Positions 49,102 to 61,230 of a DNA stretch of 64,000 nt are shown here, one piece after another (within the stretch, counting starts at the first letter, position 1; every line of letters begins with the position of its first letter). The stretch is from assembly GCA_032718475.1 (NCBI GenBank), contig JAUCBJ010004655.1:5988-69987 (forward strand), written 5' to 3'. The notes beneath the pieces are model-generated. The model made no database searches and was not told the DNA's origin. It was given only the letters and a program-made list of their open reading frames with translations. This stretch comes from Nemertoderma westbladi (taxonomy: Eukaryota > Animalia > Xenacoelomorpha). The position numbers were made by a program, and so were the translations under genes.

Positions 49102-51454
49102 ACTGCTGCGAAGATGCGAAGACGGTTGTAGGAGTTGCGACCACAAGCGGTTTACTCTCGCAACTGAAAGATATGAGTATGAGAACCCTCCAGGAGAAAT
49201 ACCGGTTTGGTCGTCGCCCGGGTCAACAAGGACCGCGTCCCTCAGTGGTACACAAGGCTGGGGTCGATAAATTGGCTACTGGAACAGAAGACAGAAGAAC
49301 CAACCTGTTGAAATGTAAAAAGACACTAAAGATTGCTACAATGAACGCACGCACGCTGAAAGCACATAGCAAACAGGGTAACATGGTCGCTCTGGCAATG
49401 GAATATAACATCGACATCATCTGCATCCAAGAACATCGGATTTGCCATGAAGACACTGCCATGAAGTACAATGACATTGGAAATGGACGGACGTTAGTAA
49501 AAAGCTCAGCAGTAAGAAACTCGACCAATGCATCAATTGGTGGAGTAGGAATTCTGCTAAGTCCATTTGCACTTAAGACCCTATACAACAACGAATCTAT
49601 AAATTCAGGGTTATGATCGCAACATTTGATGGGAATCCCAAGACAACAGTTATATGTTGCTACAGTCCAACTAATGCCTCAGAGCCAGAACAAGCAGCAA
49701 GTTTTATGAAGATCTGGCTGAACTTATAAAAGACATTCCGAAACACAATGTTAAAGTCATTGCTGGTGACCTGAATGCGCAAATTGGCCCAGAAGACATA
49801 AAGGGTTACACCTATAACACCAGTTCTAACAGAAATGGGTACTTACTTTTATACCTAATGGAAGAATGTGAATTGATACCAAGAAACAACACATTCGAAA
49901 AGAGTAAGGGGAAGCTATGGACCTTTCAATACCCTAATGGAAACAAAGCACAACTGGATTACATCCTTATAAACAAAAAGTGGAGAAACAGCATGATCAA
50001 CTGCGAGGCATACAGCTCGTTCAACCTAATTGGTTCGGACCACAGAATTGTGACTGCAGATACCAGACTCAGATTGAGAGCCAGCAATCCCAGGACAAAA
50101 TGACTGGGAGAAACTCAGAACTGACAATGCAGTAAAGGATGCTTACACAGTAGAAGTTAAAAACCGCTTTGAAGCACTTCAGTCAATGGATGAAGACCAG
50201 TCCACCGATTCAATATACCAGAATATAATAACAGCCCACAAGGAATCAGCTAAGAGGCATATCCCCCAGAAACCCAAACGAAAACAGTATGTGCCATGGC
50301 AAAACTCTGAGGTTACTTGTAAGACAGAAGATCTCAAGATAGCCTACAAAGTAAAAACCGAACAACCAACAACCGAAAACATTAACAAGGTTGAGAAAGC
50401 TAAGGACGATCTTAAATTGTCCTACAACATCAACCAGGAAAAGTACATACAGGATAAAATTGAAGCAATTACAACTGCTCACATACAGCAACAATCAAGA
50501 CTTATCTGGCACACTGTAAATTAGGTATCTGGTCGGAAAAGTTGTGCAAAGGGGCGCCTCAAAGCCGATAGTCCTGAAGAACGTGTTGGGAAGTGGAAAA
50601 ATCACTTCAGCAACTTGCTTTGGCAGACACCAAACATCGAGGTCAGCCCTACAAGGAAAATATATGACAAGACACTACCTATAGAAACAGGGGACTTCAC
50701 AAATGCCGAACTCCAAAGAAACATTAAAAGCATGTCCAATAATAAAGCAAGTGGATTAGATGATATCCCAGCGGAGGTATGGAAAACCGGAGTGCTAAAC
50801 AGACCATTATTGAATGTGATGTGGTCATGGATAGAGAGTAGCAAAAAGGACAAAGAAGTTAGGAAAGCAAAGGCTTGGATAGCTCTATCAAAAATGTATA
50901 CCATCTGGAAATCAGATCTCTCCAGGCACCTGAAGACTAAGTTCTTTCGAGCCACAGTGGAAAGTGTATTTTTATTTGGGGGTGAGACCTGCACACTGAC
51001 TAAATCACTTGAACAACGAATTGATGGTTGCTACACAAGACTACAAAGGGCAGCCCTAAACATCAGCTGGAGACAACACATGACAAACGCCGAGCTTCAT
51101 GGTACAAGCCACCTGTATCAACCACCCTCCGTGAACGCAGATTAAGATTCAGTGGGCACTGCTGGCGAAGTAAAGACGAGGTCATACCAGATCTACTTTT
51201 CTGGCAACCAACTCATGGAAAGCGTAGTCGTGGACGACCGGCATTAACATATATAGATCAACTTGAAAGGGATACTGAACTTGGGAGAAACGAAATTGCG
51301 ACAACTATGGAGAATCGGGAAGCCTGGAAGGATATCATTTCCACTGTCCGAGTTCGCTCGACCTAGTAGTAGTTGGAGAATCGGGAAGTTTGGAAGGATC
51401 TCATTTCCACTGTCCGAGTTCGCTCGACCTAGTAGTAGTAGTAGTAGTACAGTA
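49102..51454 (+). mobile_element. RTE-like LINE (APE endonuclease plus RT) with internal deletion of the RT core; degenerate
   Basis: APE motifs IATMNARTL, DIICIQEHR, GDLNAQIG, QLDYILI, SDHRIV; KASGLDDIPAEVWK is fused directly to post-RT RKAKAW; RLRFSGHCWR; (TAG)n tail; probable TSD GTATCCCAYCCA (49090-49101 and 51455-51466). Confidence 0.9.
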
Positions 51455-51921
51455 GTATCCCATCCACGTATACAGTAACCACAATAAATTACCTCTTGCT
51501 ATAATTTTTAGACATAAAAACTTAGCGATTTCTGGCATTGTCTTTAGAACGACTGACGCCCTGATTAGAACAACTGACGTTTGCTTTAGAACTAAAATAC
51601 CTTTTCAGTTAGAACTAAAGTCAATTGGAACTAATGACGTTTGCTATTAGACCAAGTGACGTTTGGGTTTAGTACTAAAGTCCATTGGAACTAAAGTACG
51701 TAGAACTAATAACGGGATACCACTAGGATACGCAAGTCGTCGAGTCAGACAAACCAATAGAATCAATCATGGGATATAATGGTAGATAATACTGTAGTTC
51801 CAAGCCCCAGGTGATTCGGGCGATGTGGTTGTAAAATTTGTAGTCATTTCGCTTCTTACAGGGCTCTACTGGAGTACCTGAAAGGTCTCAATTCTCCAAA
51901 TGTGTTATTGTATTATTCCAG

Positions 51922-52139
51922 GGGATGGAGGCTCTGAGCCAATCGAATGCGTCCGATTACGTCACGTTGGGCACCATAGTAACGAGGCAGGATGCAGGAC
52001 ATCGAACACTCGTGATTGGGGAGTTTGTAGAGGAGGATGTGGCGATATGCAGGATGAGTGCTGTCTACCGTCTGAAGTAGAAACTGTTACAGTACAGTTA
52101 GCCTGCCCAGATGGGTCGACTCAATCAACAGATATCGAT
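51922..52139 (+). CDS. Exon 25: C-terminal cystine knot (CTCK)
   Basis: attccag|GG GAT ... GAT|gtaagt; EC...GC...VCRGGC...ECCLPSEVETVTVQLACPDGS; phase 1-0. Confidence 0.9.
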
Positions 52140-53404
52140 GTAAGTTAACTTTTATTTTATTAATTACAATGACTTATAACGAACCTGTCTTTAGACTGGG
52201 TAGTTTTTGTCTAAAGCTGAGGCCGGCAAAAACACGATGGATATATTTACCTATATCACTATATATGTCACTATATCACTCACTATGTATGTTCACCAAA
52301 TGGCTTGAAACCACTTGCATGCATTGTAAAATTGTAAACGCAAGTATTTATCAATTGTTGTCTAGTTGTTGAATAAAAAAGTTGGGAACGATTCGAAGTG
52401 CGATATTCGAAATATTTGCATATTTTCAACATTATTGAACGCGAAATTAAATACCCACAACTCCCTTGCTTGAAATGTTTTTCAGGTGATTGATATTTAG
52501 CAATTATTATGAGGTTACTTACTACTGAAATCTGACAGAATGCCAAACGTATTATTATAGTTCTATCTCTATTCAGCCAGTTAGTGTAATGTCAAGCAGT
52601 ACATAATTTATATATCGTATGTATCTATAGGGCCTAATTGTCATCGTTATAATACTGTCATCAACTTAGGCTAAGCTCAATTGTAATGCAAAGGCTTAGT
52701 AGGTTTTGTATATCTGGGACGTTTACAACAGCTGTCGATTAAACTAACAAAACCATAAAACTGAACCAGGGTGGCTGCCAGCCGGGTACCAACGGCTGTT
52801 GGGTAGACTTAAGGGAACATTTCACAAACTTTCATAGGATGCTTGTACATGTACATTATATTGGTTGCTCCGATGTTTTTATTAGGCTAACTGAGAATGT
52901 ATCAGGTATAAATACTGTAATTATAGTGTTCTTTATTTTATTTATCTAATACAGAAAGACCCCTCCTCAGAATAAACTGCTCTTTGGGACCGTTTCCCAG
53001 GTTACGGATATGGATATCATTTCATACATCGCAGTAATTGTGATTATGATTTGTTTGCCTAGGCGAATGTGTATTACATTAGATGGGAGGCAGTTTTTTG
53101 GTTGATGCAAGTCATTCTTGGTTTGCATCTTCCAATCCCATCTGTTTCTTGGAGTCTGTGTAAGACAGGTTCGTTTAAAGCCATCTTGATGGCGTTCTAG
53201 TTTACTGATGTACTATAGTAAGCCCTAGCCTACCAGAGGTATATGACATTATGTATATGGCCATGTGTTTAAATGTTCCTATTAAATAGGGAAATATGCT
53301 GCAATTTTGGCAGAGATTGACAGGCTGATTATTAAGGTTATAAACTATATATTAAGGTTAAATATCGCTTATTGAAGATTGAGGTAACAGTGGTTCCAGT
53401 TGGA

Positions 53405-53706
53405 AATCTTAATTTAAAATCAAGAAAAGCAATATTAACGAAAAATAAATAAACCCATGGTAAGTTTCGATATATTACAAAATAATCACCTTCAGCCAAT
53501 TTAAAGTTTAAAACTCAAAATTTAAAACATCAGTATAAAATACACATAAGCCTAACGTGTTTTATTTCTGATGTTTTCAATTTTGAGTTTGTGTTTTAAA
53601 CTTTAACTTGGCTGAAGATGATTATTTTGTAATATATCGAAACGTACAGTACCATGGGTTTATTTATTTTTTCGTCAATATTGATTTTCTTGATTAAAAT
53701 AAGATT
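53405..53706. repeat. ~300-bp near-perfect palindrome (foldback element)
   Basis: AATCAAGAAAAGCAATATTAACG...AAAATACAC pairs with GTGTTTTATT...CAATATTGATTTTCTTGATT around a ~10-nt loop near 53550. Confidence 0.9.
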
Positions 53707-54023
53707 AAAGTAATATGTTAAATAAAATAAATGAAAAAAAAAAATCAATTAAGTATTAAAATTATTACTTTATTACATATTATTATTTCTTTAAGAACTA
53801 AAGGGACGTTAAGCACCATATTTTGGAGGAATTGTGCATTTTGTGATAAAAGCACCAAAACTTACCCAAAGATAGTCCATATATGGTGCTGATGTCTTGA
53901 TAGAGAACCACCTCTGAATACCATTGGTACCCTTTTATCATGGTAACAAAGTCCACTTACCTTAGTAACGGGTGATTGGCTGAATTAATGTTCCCCGAAA
54001 TTGGTCAAGTTACTCTTTGATAT

Positions 54024-54933
54024 GGATCTAGGACACTTCCCCCCCAGTTAAAGTGTTAAAATTAATCTGGGTGCACCAAAGCAACTAACAAAAGTTAAAA
54101 ATGGTTACAGGACAAGTTGTATCTAGTCAAGTTTTTTCAAAATTATAAAAGAAACATTTTTATAGTCAAATTTTGTTTGTTTTTCTTTTAATTAGGGGCT
54201 GCCGCCCCCAAACCCCCGCTCCTTTGGTTGGGGGCTGCCGTCCCCAAATCCCGGCATTCCCTGTGTGCCCGTGGTGGAAAACTTTGAAACCATTTTGAAA
54301 TAAATCAATTCATGTTTGTATCATCAGATAATAAATTGACTAAGCCTAAAGTAGGAGCCGTATTGAATGTTAACCAAATTAATATATAAATTACTACAAT
54401 ATTATATAATTCGACAAAATCCTATTAAAAATATTGCAAGTAACCAGGAAATTTAATTAATTTATCAATATGTAATGCTGAACACAGAATACAGGTCGAC
54501 GCATGTCGATTTTACCCTGGAGAAGTATAATTTTGATTGCAACAATAATATTCATCCCCATCTGCTACAATTTGAAGAAGACTATTACATAATAATACCT
54601 ATAATTAAAACAATTAATTATTATTATTATATATTTAATAAAAACTGTATATCATTCGGGGGATGGAATTTATAGGTCATCTAATTAATTGTTTAAAGAT
54701 TAGCAAACAATACAATGTAAATTACATTGATAAAATCCATAAATAAAACTTGGATATAAAATGTAAAATCGGGATGCAAAAGATCACTTTCTGAGCTAAG
54801 AAAGGAAAATTGGATACAACTTGTCTGGATACAAGCGGTCCGTTTACCTTACAAAATGAAAAATAAGAATGTGCGAAGTCGGGGGGAAGTGTCCGGGGGG
54901 GGGAAGTGTCTGGGGGGGAAGTGTCCGGACACC
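54024..54933. mobile_element. Non-autonomous DNA transposon with TIR and 8-9 bp TSD (MULE- or hAT-like)
   Basis: Ends GGATCTAGGACACTTCCCCCCC and GGGGGGGAAGTGTCCGGACACC; flanking (C)TTTGATAT is duplicated; GGGGGGAAGTGTCC occurs x3 at the right end. Confidence 0.7.
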
Positions 54934-55564
54934 TTTGATATACTGTATAGCGAAGTATTTAATCTCAAAGTGACCGAATATTCAAAGAATAGCCATAATA
55001 ACCTCTACCTCTATAAATGTCATGAAAATCTTCATTAAATATGGGATACAATTATTCTTAGCTTTAAAAAAGCTTTAGTTCAATATAAATTATAGGTAGG
55101 GGTAAAGAAAGGTAGGCATAGGCATACATTAAGTTAATATCCGGACGGACATTGTGGCTAGGGATGGCCGAATGGGAGTAAGGAAATATTAGGAAATTTC
55201 CTTCTCATTTTCCAGAAATTTCCTATTTTAATAACTTATTATCTAAGACTTACTTTTAATATTAAATGTTCCAGAAAACCTCATAATTATTGCATAAAAT
55301 AGTAATACAGTAAGATATAGCATGTACTACAGTACTTTAGGTAGACTGATCTACAGTAGGCCCAATGATCTATGTATTATTGTAAGTCATTCTGGTAATT
55401 AAATATTATTACGCATACACTTTTTATTACATTATTTTCACAGTTTTTCATTTCAAGTATACTTTTCCTGAAATTTCAGGAAAATTCTGGAAATTTCCTT
55501 GAGAAACGTATTTCCGGAAAACTCACATCGACTAATTGACAATTAATTATAGCAGGTGATAAAC

Positions 55565-56262
55565 TCACTATTACTATTACCGGAATGCTGTATTATATAC
55601 ATTACCTATATATTAAGAACGCTGTGCCGGCTTATCGACAAAATTTCGCCGCCACAACTCCCGATCACCCATGTCATTTGCGCTAGATCATCCTATATTC
55701 AAGGCCAGTGTCCTTTAAGATGCGTCTCAAGAAAGTCATGGGCTGTCCACCATTATTATTCATTCCATGAGGCCGCCAAAGCACAAGATTATACGCTGAC
55801 TCTGACTGGTCCTCACGGCGAAAGGAATGTGCTTCAAAGCGGAGGCGGTTCCGTTCAAGTGTCAAGCTACAGGAGACTAATGAAACAACTCCAATTTTGT
55901 ATAGAGTCTGTTTGGAGATGTATTCATTGTACTTGACACAGTGAACTCGGCGCAGCATTCTTGTGAAAGTGCCACCCAGAGATTTGGTATAGTCTGCAGT
56001 TAGAGCCCAGCAATGACTCCCATATAAGAGTAGGCCTACTGGTACTATTACTGTCATAAATAATCGAATTTTGAAATTCATTTTTATTCAATGGGACTTC
56101 CTAATTCTGGACAGAATATTCAATGCTGCCCATGCCTTCCCCTAAGTATCCGAAAGTCATCGAGCTTCACCTGACTTCCGGATCCGTGATCCCAAGTAGC
56201 TGAAGTCATCCACATACTCAAGCAAGCCATCACTGGAGCGTATTCACTTACGATCAGAACTC
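55565..56262 (-). mobile_element. Third 3' fragment of the RTE-like LINE family seen at 16631 and 18226
   Basis: Minus-strand LLYGSHCWALT...FTRMLRRVHCVKY...PMTFLRRILKDTGL; degenerate (TAR)n tail at ~55565-55580. Confidence 0.9.
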
Positions 56263-56318
56263 ACACTGACCTACAATACTAACTGTACTCACCACTCATA
56301 GCCTCTTTTAATATTTAG

Positions 56319-56381
56319 GTTATCACAGGATGCGAGTGCGGCCCAACTCCGGATGCTGTCGAGAACTTAGATGACAAATAA
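56319..56381 (+). CDS. Exon 26: final CxC of the cystine knot and stop
   Basis: atttag|GTT ATC ACA GGA TGC GAG TGC...AAA TAA; VITGCECGPTPDAVENLDDK* completes the CTCK in phase 0. Confidence 0.85.
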   Translation, partial: VITGCECGPTPDAVENLDDK

Positions 56382-59300
56382 CTCGTAAAGGAACTTCAGT
56401 AGATAAAAAGGTCCTTTATGTGGTGATATCATGAAGTAAAGCTTATAATATTTTTGGTGATTTTAGACTGGAATTTGAACAATATTTCGAAACAAATACA
56501 TTTGGAATGCGGGGTAAACAAAACATTATTTGTTTCTCTTTATTCATTAATTACATTCTGGTGATGGCAATAATTATGTATAATATTATAATATAGATGT
56601 GTAGTTAATGGTAAACTGAAACAATTTATTAATTACGTACAGTGTAATATAAAAAGGTGAAAAAAGTTTATATATAGCCATTCAATTACTTATAATTTAT
56701 ATTACTACAGTAATTGCACACTCAGGTAAACTGTTCGCTCTACGATGCACGGAGCTATAGGCTATTTACAGAGTAATTCAATTGATTTTTGTCTTTTATT
56801 CCTGAAATTTGCGAATATTTACATATTTTATACACCCTGTTCTAGAACCGATGTGCGTGCACCGCACCTGCATTTATCAAACTGTACAGAACATCGGTGA
56901 ATAATTTATACATTGATTATGCTGACTCAAAAAGAGAAGGCATGACATGACATTCAATCTTTTTAGAGATCAATTTCAAGAATTACATACAAACAAAGAA
57001 ATAAAATCTATAGATGTAGGCGGCAGTAATGATGAGATCTCAGACAATAGCATGGCTAGTATAACCTGTATCATGAAAGGAAATTGGTGGGGGCGAGGGC
57101 ATCTGTTCTTCAACATTAGAGTGAAAACATGAATTATGGAACTGGAATTGAAAACATTAACTGTCTGTTTTCATCTAGACTAGGACCTACCAATACATTT
57201 CAAGTGTTTGCATATTGAGTTTGTGAACAGTTTGGTTACTGTAGGAAGTAAGACAAAGAAGCCCTACTGGAAAAGAGGATTCGAGTGTGTACCTAAATTT
57301 CTAAAAAAAAATTAGGAATTGGTGAGAACCAAGGTTCTGTCAACTTCAAATATGAGCGTGATGTTTGCAAATGCTGAGGTGCCACAAAGCAAGTCATCGG
57401 GGATCACGCCATTTTAAACAACGTTCAATCGAATCAGCAGCACCCTTGAAAACCTATATACCCAACAAATATCGTTTTAGTTCAAGTTTTAGTATTATTT
57501 ATATATACTTTTATTATTATTTAACATATTTTTCCCATGAATATTCTACGTCAACTGTACTTCACTCTGATCCACCCCTATTTATCCTATGGACTAATTT
57601 TATTGGGGGGAGTGCGTACACAAATCACTTTCTATCGTACCTCTTCATCTATTATACAATGATCAACTAGCCCTCTTCATGTATGACATAACAATTAACA
57701 GCTACTTTACCCGAACTTACAAAAAATTACTGTTTCCATAACTAATTCCATATACCGGTATTTATCTCAAAACGTCCTTTACTACAGTATATTCTTCACT
57801 CACTTTATCTTATTGTATTCAAATTGAAAAATAATAAAAAATAAGTCTACATTACTACTCTCTGTTTCGCTAAATCCTAACATGTCTAACAGACTAGACG
57901 GAATCCAAAGGAAAAAATTTAAATTCTAAAATACTGTAATCTAAAATATCATTAGTAAATTTTACAACTCTGAAGTATTGTCTTTTTAAAAAAACAATTA
58001 TAGAGACCAAACACAGCACCACCCCCCCCCCCCCGTATCTATCAGCTACTGCAGTTGGGCTATACTAGCTTCGCTATTCCCTGGCTCTGGTAGCAGCACC
58101 AAGACCACACATTAGCAATTTCCATAATAAATACTAGAGACGGGCCTAGCGTCCCGTGAAGCAAGTCGTAGGAGACAGTACGAGTCAAATAAAAGCTTTT
58201 TGTTCTGTCTGATAAATTAGTGTGAGGGTAGTCCCGGTGGTGTACGAAAAATTTTCTAGACAACTTCAAACTATAATTATTATGTTGTAATCATCTAATG
58301 AATTATAAAAGCTGTTGTGATTATAGAAGATAGAGAGCAGTTAGCGAAATGATTATTTTATTCTATCGGATAGAGTAGTCAGAGAGGAGTCGAGGTGTCA
58401 ATTATTAATAATAATAACAGCAGTTGTCATGAATTCAATACAATCGCGCACAAAAAGTGATAAGACAAATTCGTTCTTATTTTTGTAATAAATAAAACAA
58501 GTTGAGATGTTTCAATGTAAACCGCGATTAACAATTTACACTGTTCAATGTAAACCACGATATTAATTAAATATAACAATTACATTATTATTATAACAGA
58601 TTTTTATATTTCAAACTATAATGTTAGCCTTATGGAGAATCATTTTGAGGCTGAGTAAATATTCAGCCTTATAAGCATACAGCCTCCACAGTATTAATGT
58701 TGGCACAAAGATTTCAAAATAAAACAATAATGCGATGAGAGCATAGTACAATACACTGTGTAGCCAACACACTGTATAACTAACAGTCATTTAGCTTGCA
58801 CGCCAATTAATTAACATAGCAAGGATGCATTGGGAAGAGTTATTCAGCTGTGACTGTGTAATAGCCAGCTAAAGCAGTTAATGTTTTGTTTGATTACTGT
58901 CTGGGTTCTCATGAATGCCAGCTGGTGTTTTATCATTGCGCCTATGGCAATTTTCGTGTTTTGGGGCTATTTTTCGAAATAAAACAAGTTGAGATGTTTC
59001 AATTTAAACCGCGATTTCACAAGTACCCTTAGAAATGGTCCATGCAAAATTTCATCAAAATCGTTAGAGCCGTTTTTGCTCTAGGTTAGTAGCTTTTTTT
59101 CTTACAGTAAATCAAGTTTAACGACTTGCTAATTAATTATAATTATTGTGTGCGATTTAATTTAATTTGATAGATATGAAATAAATTGTTGTACTTGATA
59201 CTTGGTGGCACGTAGGCCACAAAGGGGCAATGCTATGCATACTGGCCATTTGAAACCTCATCCAATGTAATCAGATTGTATGGTTCATTCAAGCTTTAAT

Positions 59301-59917
59301 GGTTTTAAGGCCAAAAAATATTTTGGTTCGATTTAAGTGCAGAATTTAATGGTGAATCCCAATATGTAAGTTATTTCTAACAATCTTACTATGGCATGTT
59401 TTCAATTCATTGAAAAAATGTGTTTCCTGGGAGATAGACAGTCTAGATTTGCCAAACATCAAAGCTGACATTGGAAATGAAATCAGCAACCTCATAAATC
59501 CACATGGTGAAAATTTTAGCTACGTCTTGTGTTTATTATAATGTTGAAATTGATGCGATGGAGAGCCACAATGACTGATAGGCTGACAATATTACACCAA
59601 ACCTCAAAGCTGACATTGGAAATGAAATCACCGACCAGAAAAACCTCCACAGCGACAATTTTAGCTACAGTATATCGTTTGAATATCGTGTCACTATATT
59701 TTGATGTACAAACTAACAGACAAACGGACTTCCTATTGCTGATGCATTTTTGTCGTGAGGTTATTTGAATTTGTGGATAGGAAAGTTTATCAGAAAGCCT
59801 TCATGTATCAAACTAACTAAACTTTGTTTGACTGACTGAATTTCCTGCAGTATTGAGCAAAACAAATTTTTTGAACATTGGCCAGTTCAATCTGCGCACA
59901 TCCAAATATGTTAAAAA

Positions 59918-61230
59918 GGTGGATGGGAATGTGGGATGGTGACTGCGAGGGAAGATGGGAAGGTTCATGGGAATGTAGGAAGATAGGAATGTGGGTGGAT
60001 GGGAATGTAGGAAGATGGAAGGGAATGTGGGAATATGGGAATGTGGGAAGGTGGGTGGGAATGTCGGAAGATGGGAATGTGGGAAGGAGGGTGGGAATGT
60101 AGGAAGATGGGAAGATGGAAATGTGGGAAGATGGGAATGTGGAAAGATGGGAAGGTGGATGGGAATGTGGGAAGGTGGATGGGAATGTAGGAAGATGGGA
60201 ATGTGGGAAGGTTGATGGGAATGTGGAAATATGGGAAGGTGGATGGGAATGTGGGAAGGTGGATGGGAATGTAGGAAGATGGGAATGTGGGAAGGTTGAT
60301 GGGAATGTGGAAATATGGGAAGGTGGATGGGAATGTGGAAAGGTGAATGGGAATGTGGGAAGGTGGATGGGAATGTAGGAAGATGGGAATGTGTGGAGGC
60401 GGATGGGAATGTGGGAAGATGGGGAGGTGGATGGGAATGTTGGAAGATGGGAATGTGTGGAGGTGGATGGGAATGTGGGAAGATGGGAAGGTGGATGGGA
60501 ATGTGGGAAGGTGGATGGGAATGTGGGAAAATGGGAATGTGGGAAGATGGGAATGTGTGGAGGTGGATGGGAATGTTGGAAGATGGGAATGTGTATGGGA
60601 ATGTGGGTGGGAATGTAGGAAGTTGGGAATGTGTGAAGATGGGAATGTGCGAAGATGGGAATGTATGAAGGTGAATGGGAATGTGGGAAGGTGGGTGGGA
60701 ATGTAGGATGATGGGAATGTGGGAAGATGGGAATGTAGGAAGGTGGATGGGAATGTAGGAAGATGGAAATGTGGATGGGAATGTAGGAAGATGGGAATGT
60801 GGAAAGATGGAAATAGGGTGAAGGTGGATGGGAATGTGCGAAGATGGGAATGTATGAAGGTGAATGGGAATGTGGGAAGGTGGGTGGGAATGTAGGATGA
60901 TGGGAATGTGGGAAGATGGGAATGTAGGAAGGTGGATGGGAATGTAGGAAGATGGAAATGTGGATGGGAATGTAGGAAGATGGGAATGTGGAAAGATGGA
61001 AATAGGGTGAAGGTGGATGGGAATGTGGGAAGATGGGAAGGTGGGTGGGAATGTATGAATATGGGAATGTTCGAAGATGGGAATGTGTATGGGAATGTGG
61101 GTGGGAATATAGAAAGATGGGAATGTGGGAAGGTGGATGGGAAAGTAGGAAGATGAGAATGTGGGAAGTTGGGAGTGCGGCAAGGTGGATGGGAATGTGG
61201 GTGGGATTGTAGGAAGATGGGAATGTGGGA
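59918..61230. repeat. Purine-rich low-complexity repeat built from GGGAATGT / GGAAGAT / GGTGGAT
   Basis: Continuous mosaic of these short motifs; the + strand is almost C-free. Confidence 0.95.

Larger units (their letters stand above)
918..56381 (+). other. Multi-exon gene (5'-truncated by window): VWD-C8-TIL-TILa, ~20 EGF/cbEGF, FS/Kazal x2, TSP1, FS/Kazal, CTCK; zonadhesin/tectorin/mucin-like extracellular matrix protein
   Basis: 26 exons with AG/GT boundaries whose phases chain correctly when spliced by hand (4510 nt, one +1 frameshift in exon 24). Domain calls come from Cys spacing and signature motifs. Confidence 0.9.

Noticed and set aside
56379-56426. Stop-codon read-through extension (LVKELQ*IKRSFMW*)
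   Set aside because: It needs two read-throughs and has no supporting signal.
58491-59016. 39-bp direct repeat pair (58491 and 58978) as LTRs
   Set aside because: Too short, with no TG..CA ends, PBS or coding remnant; probably internal to a degraded repeat.
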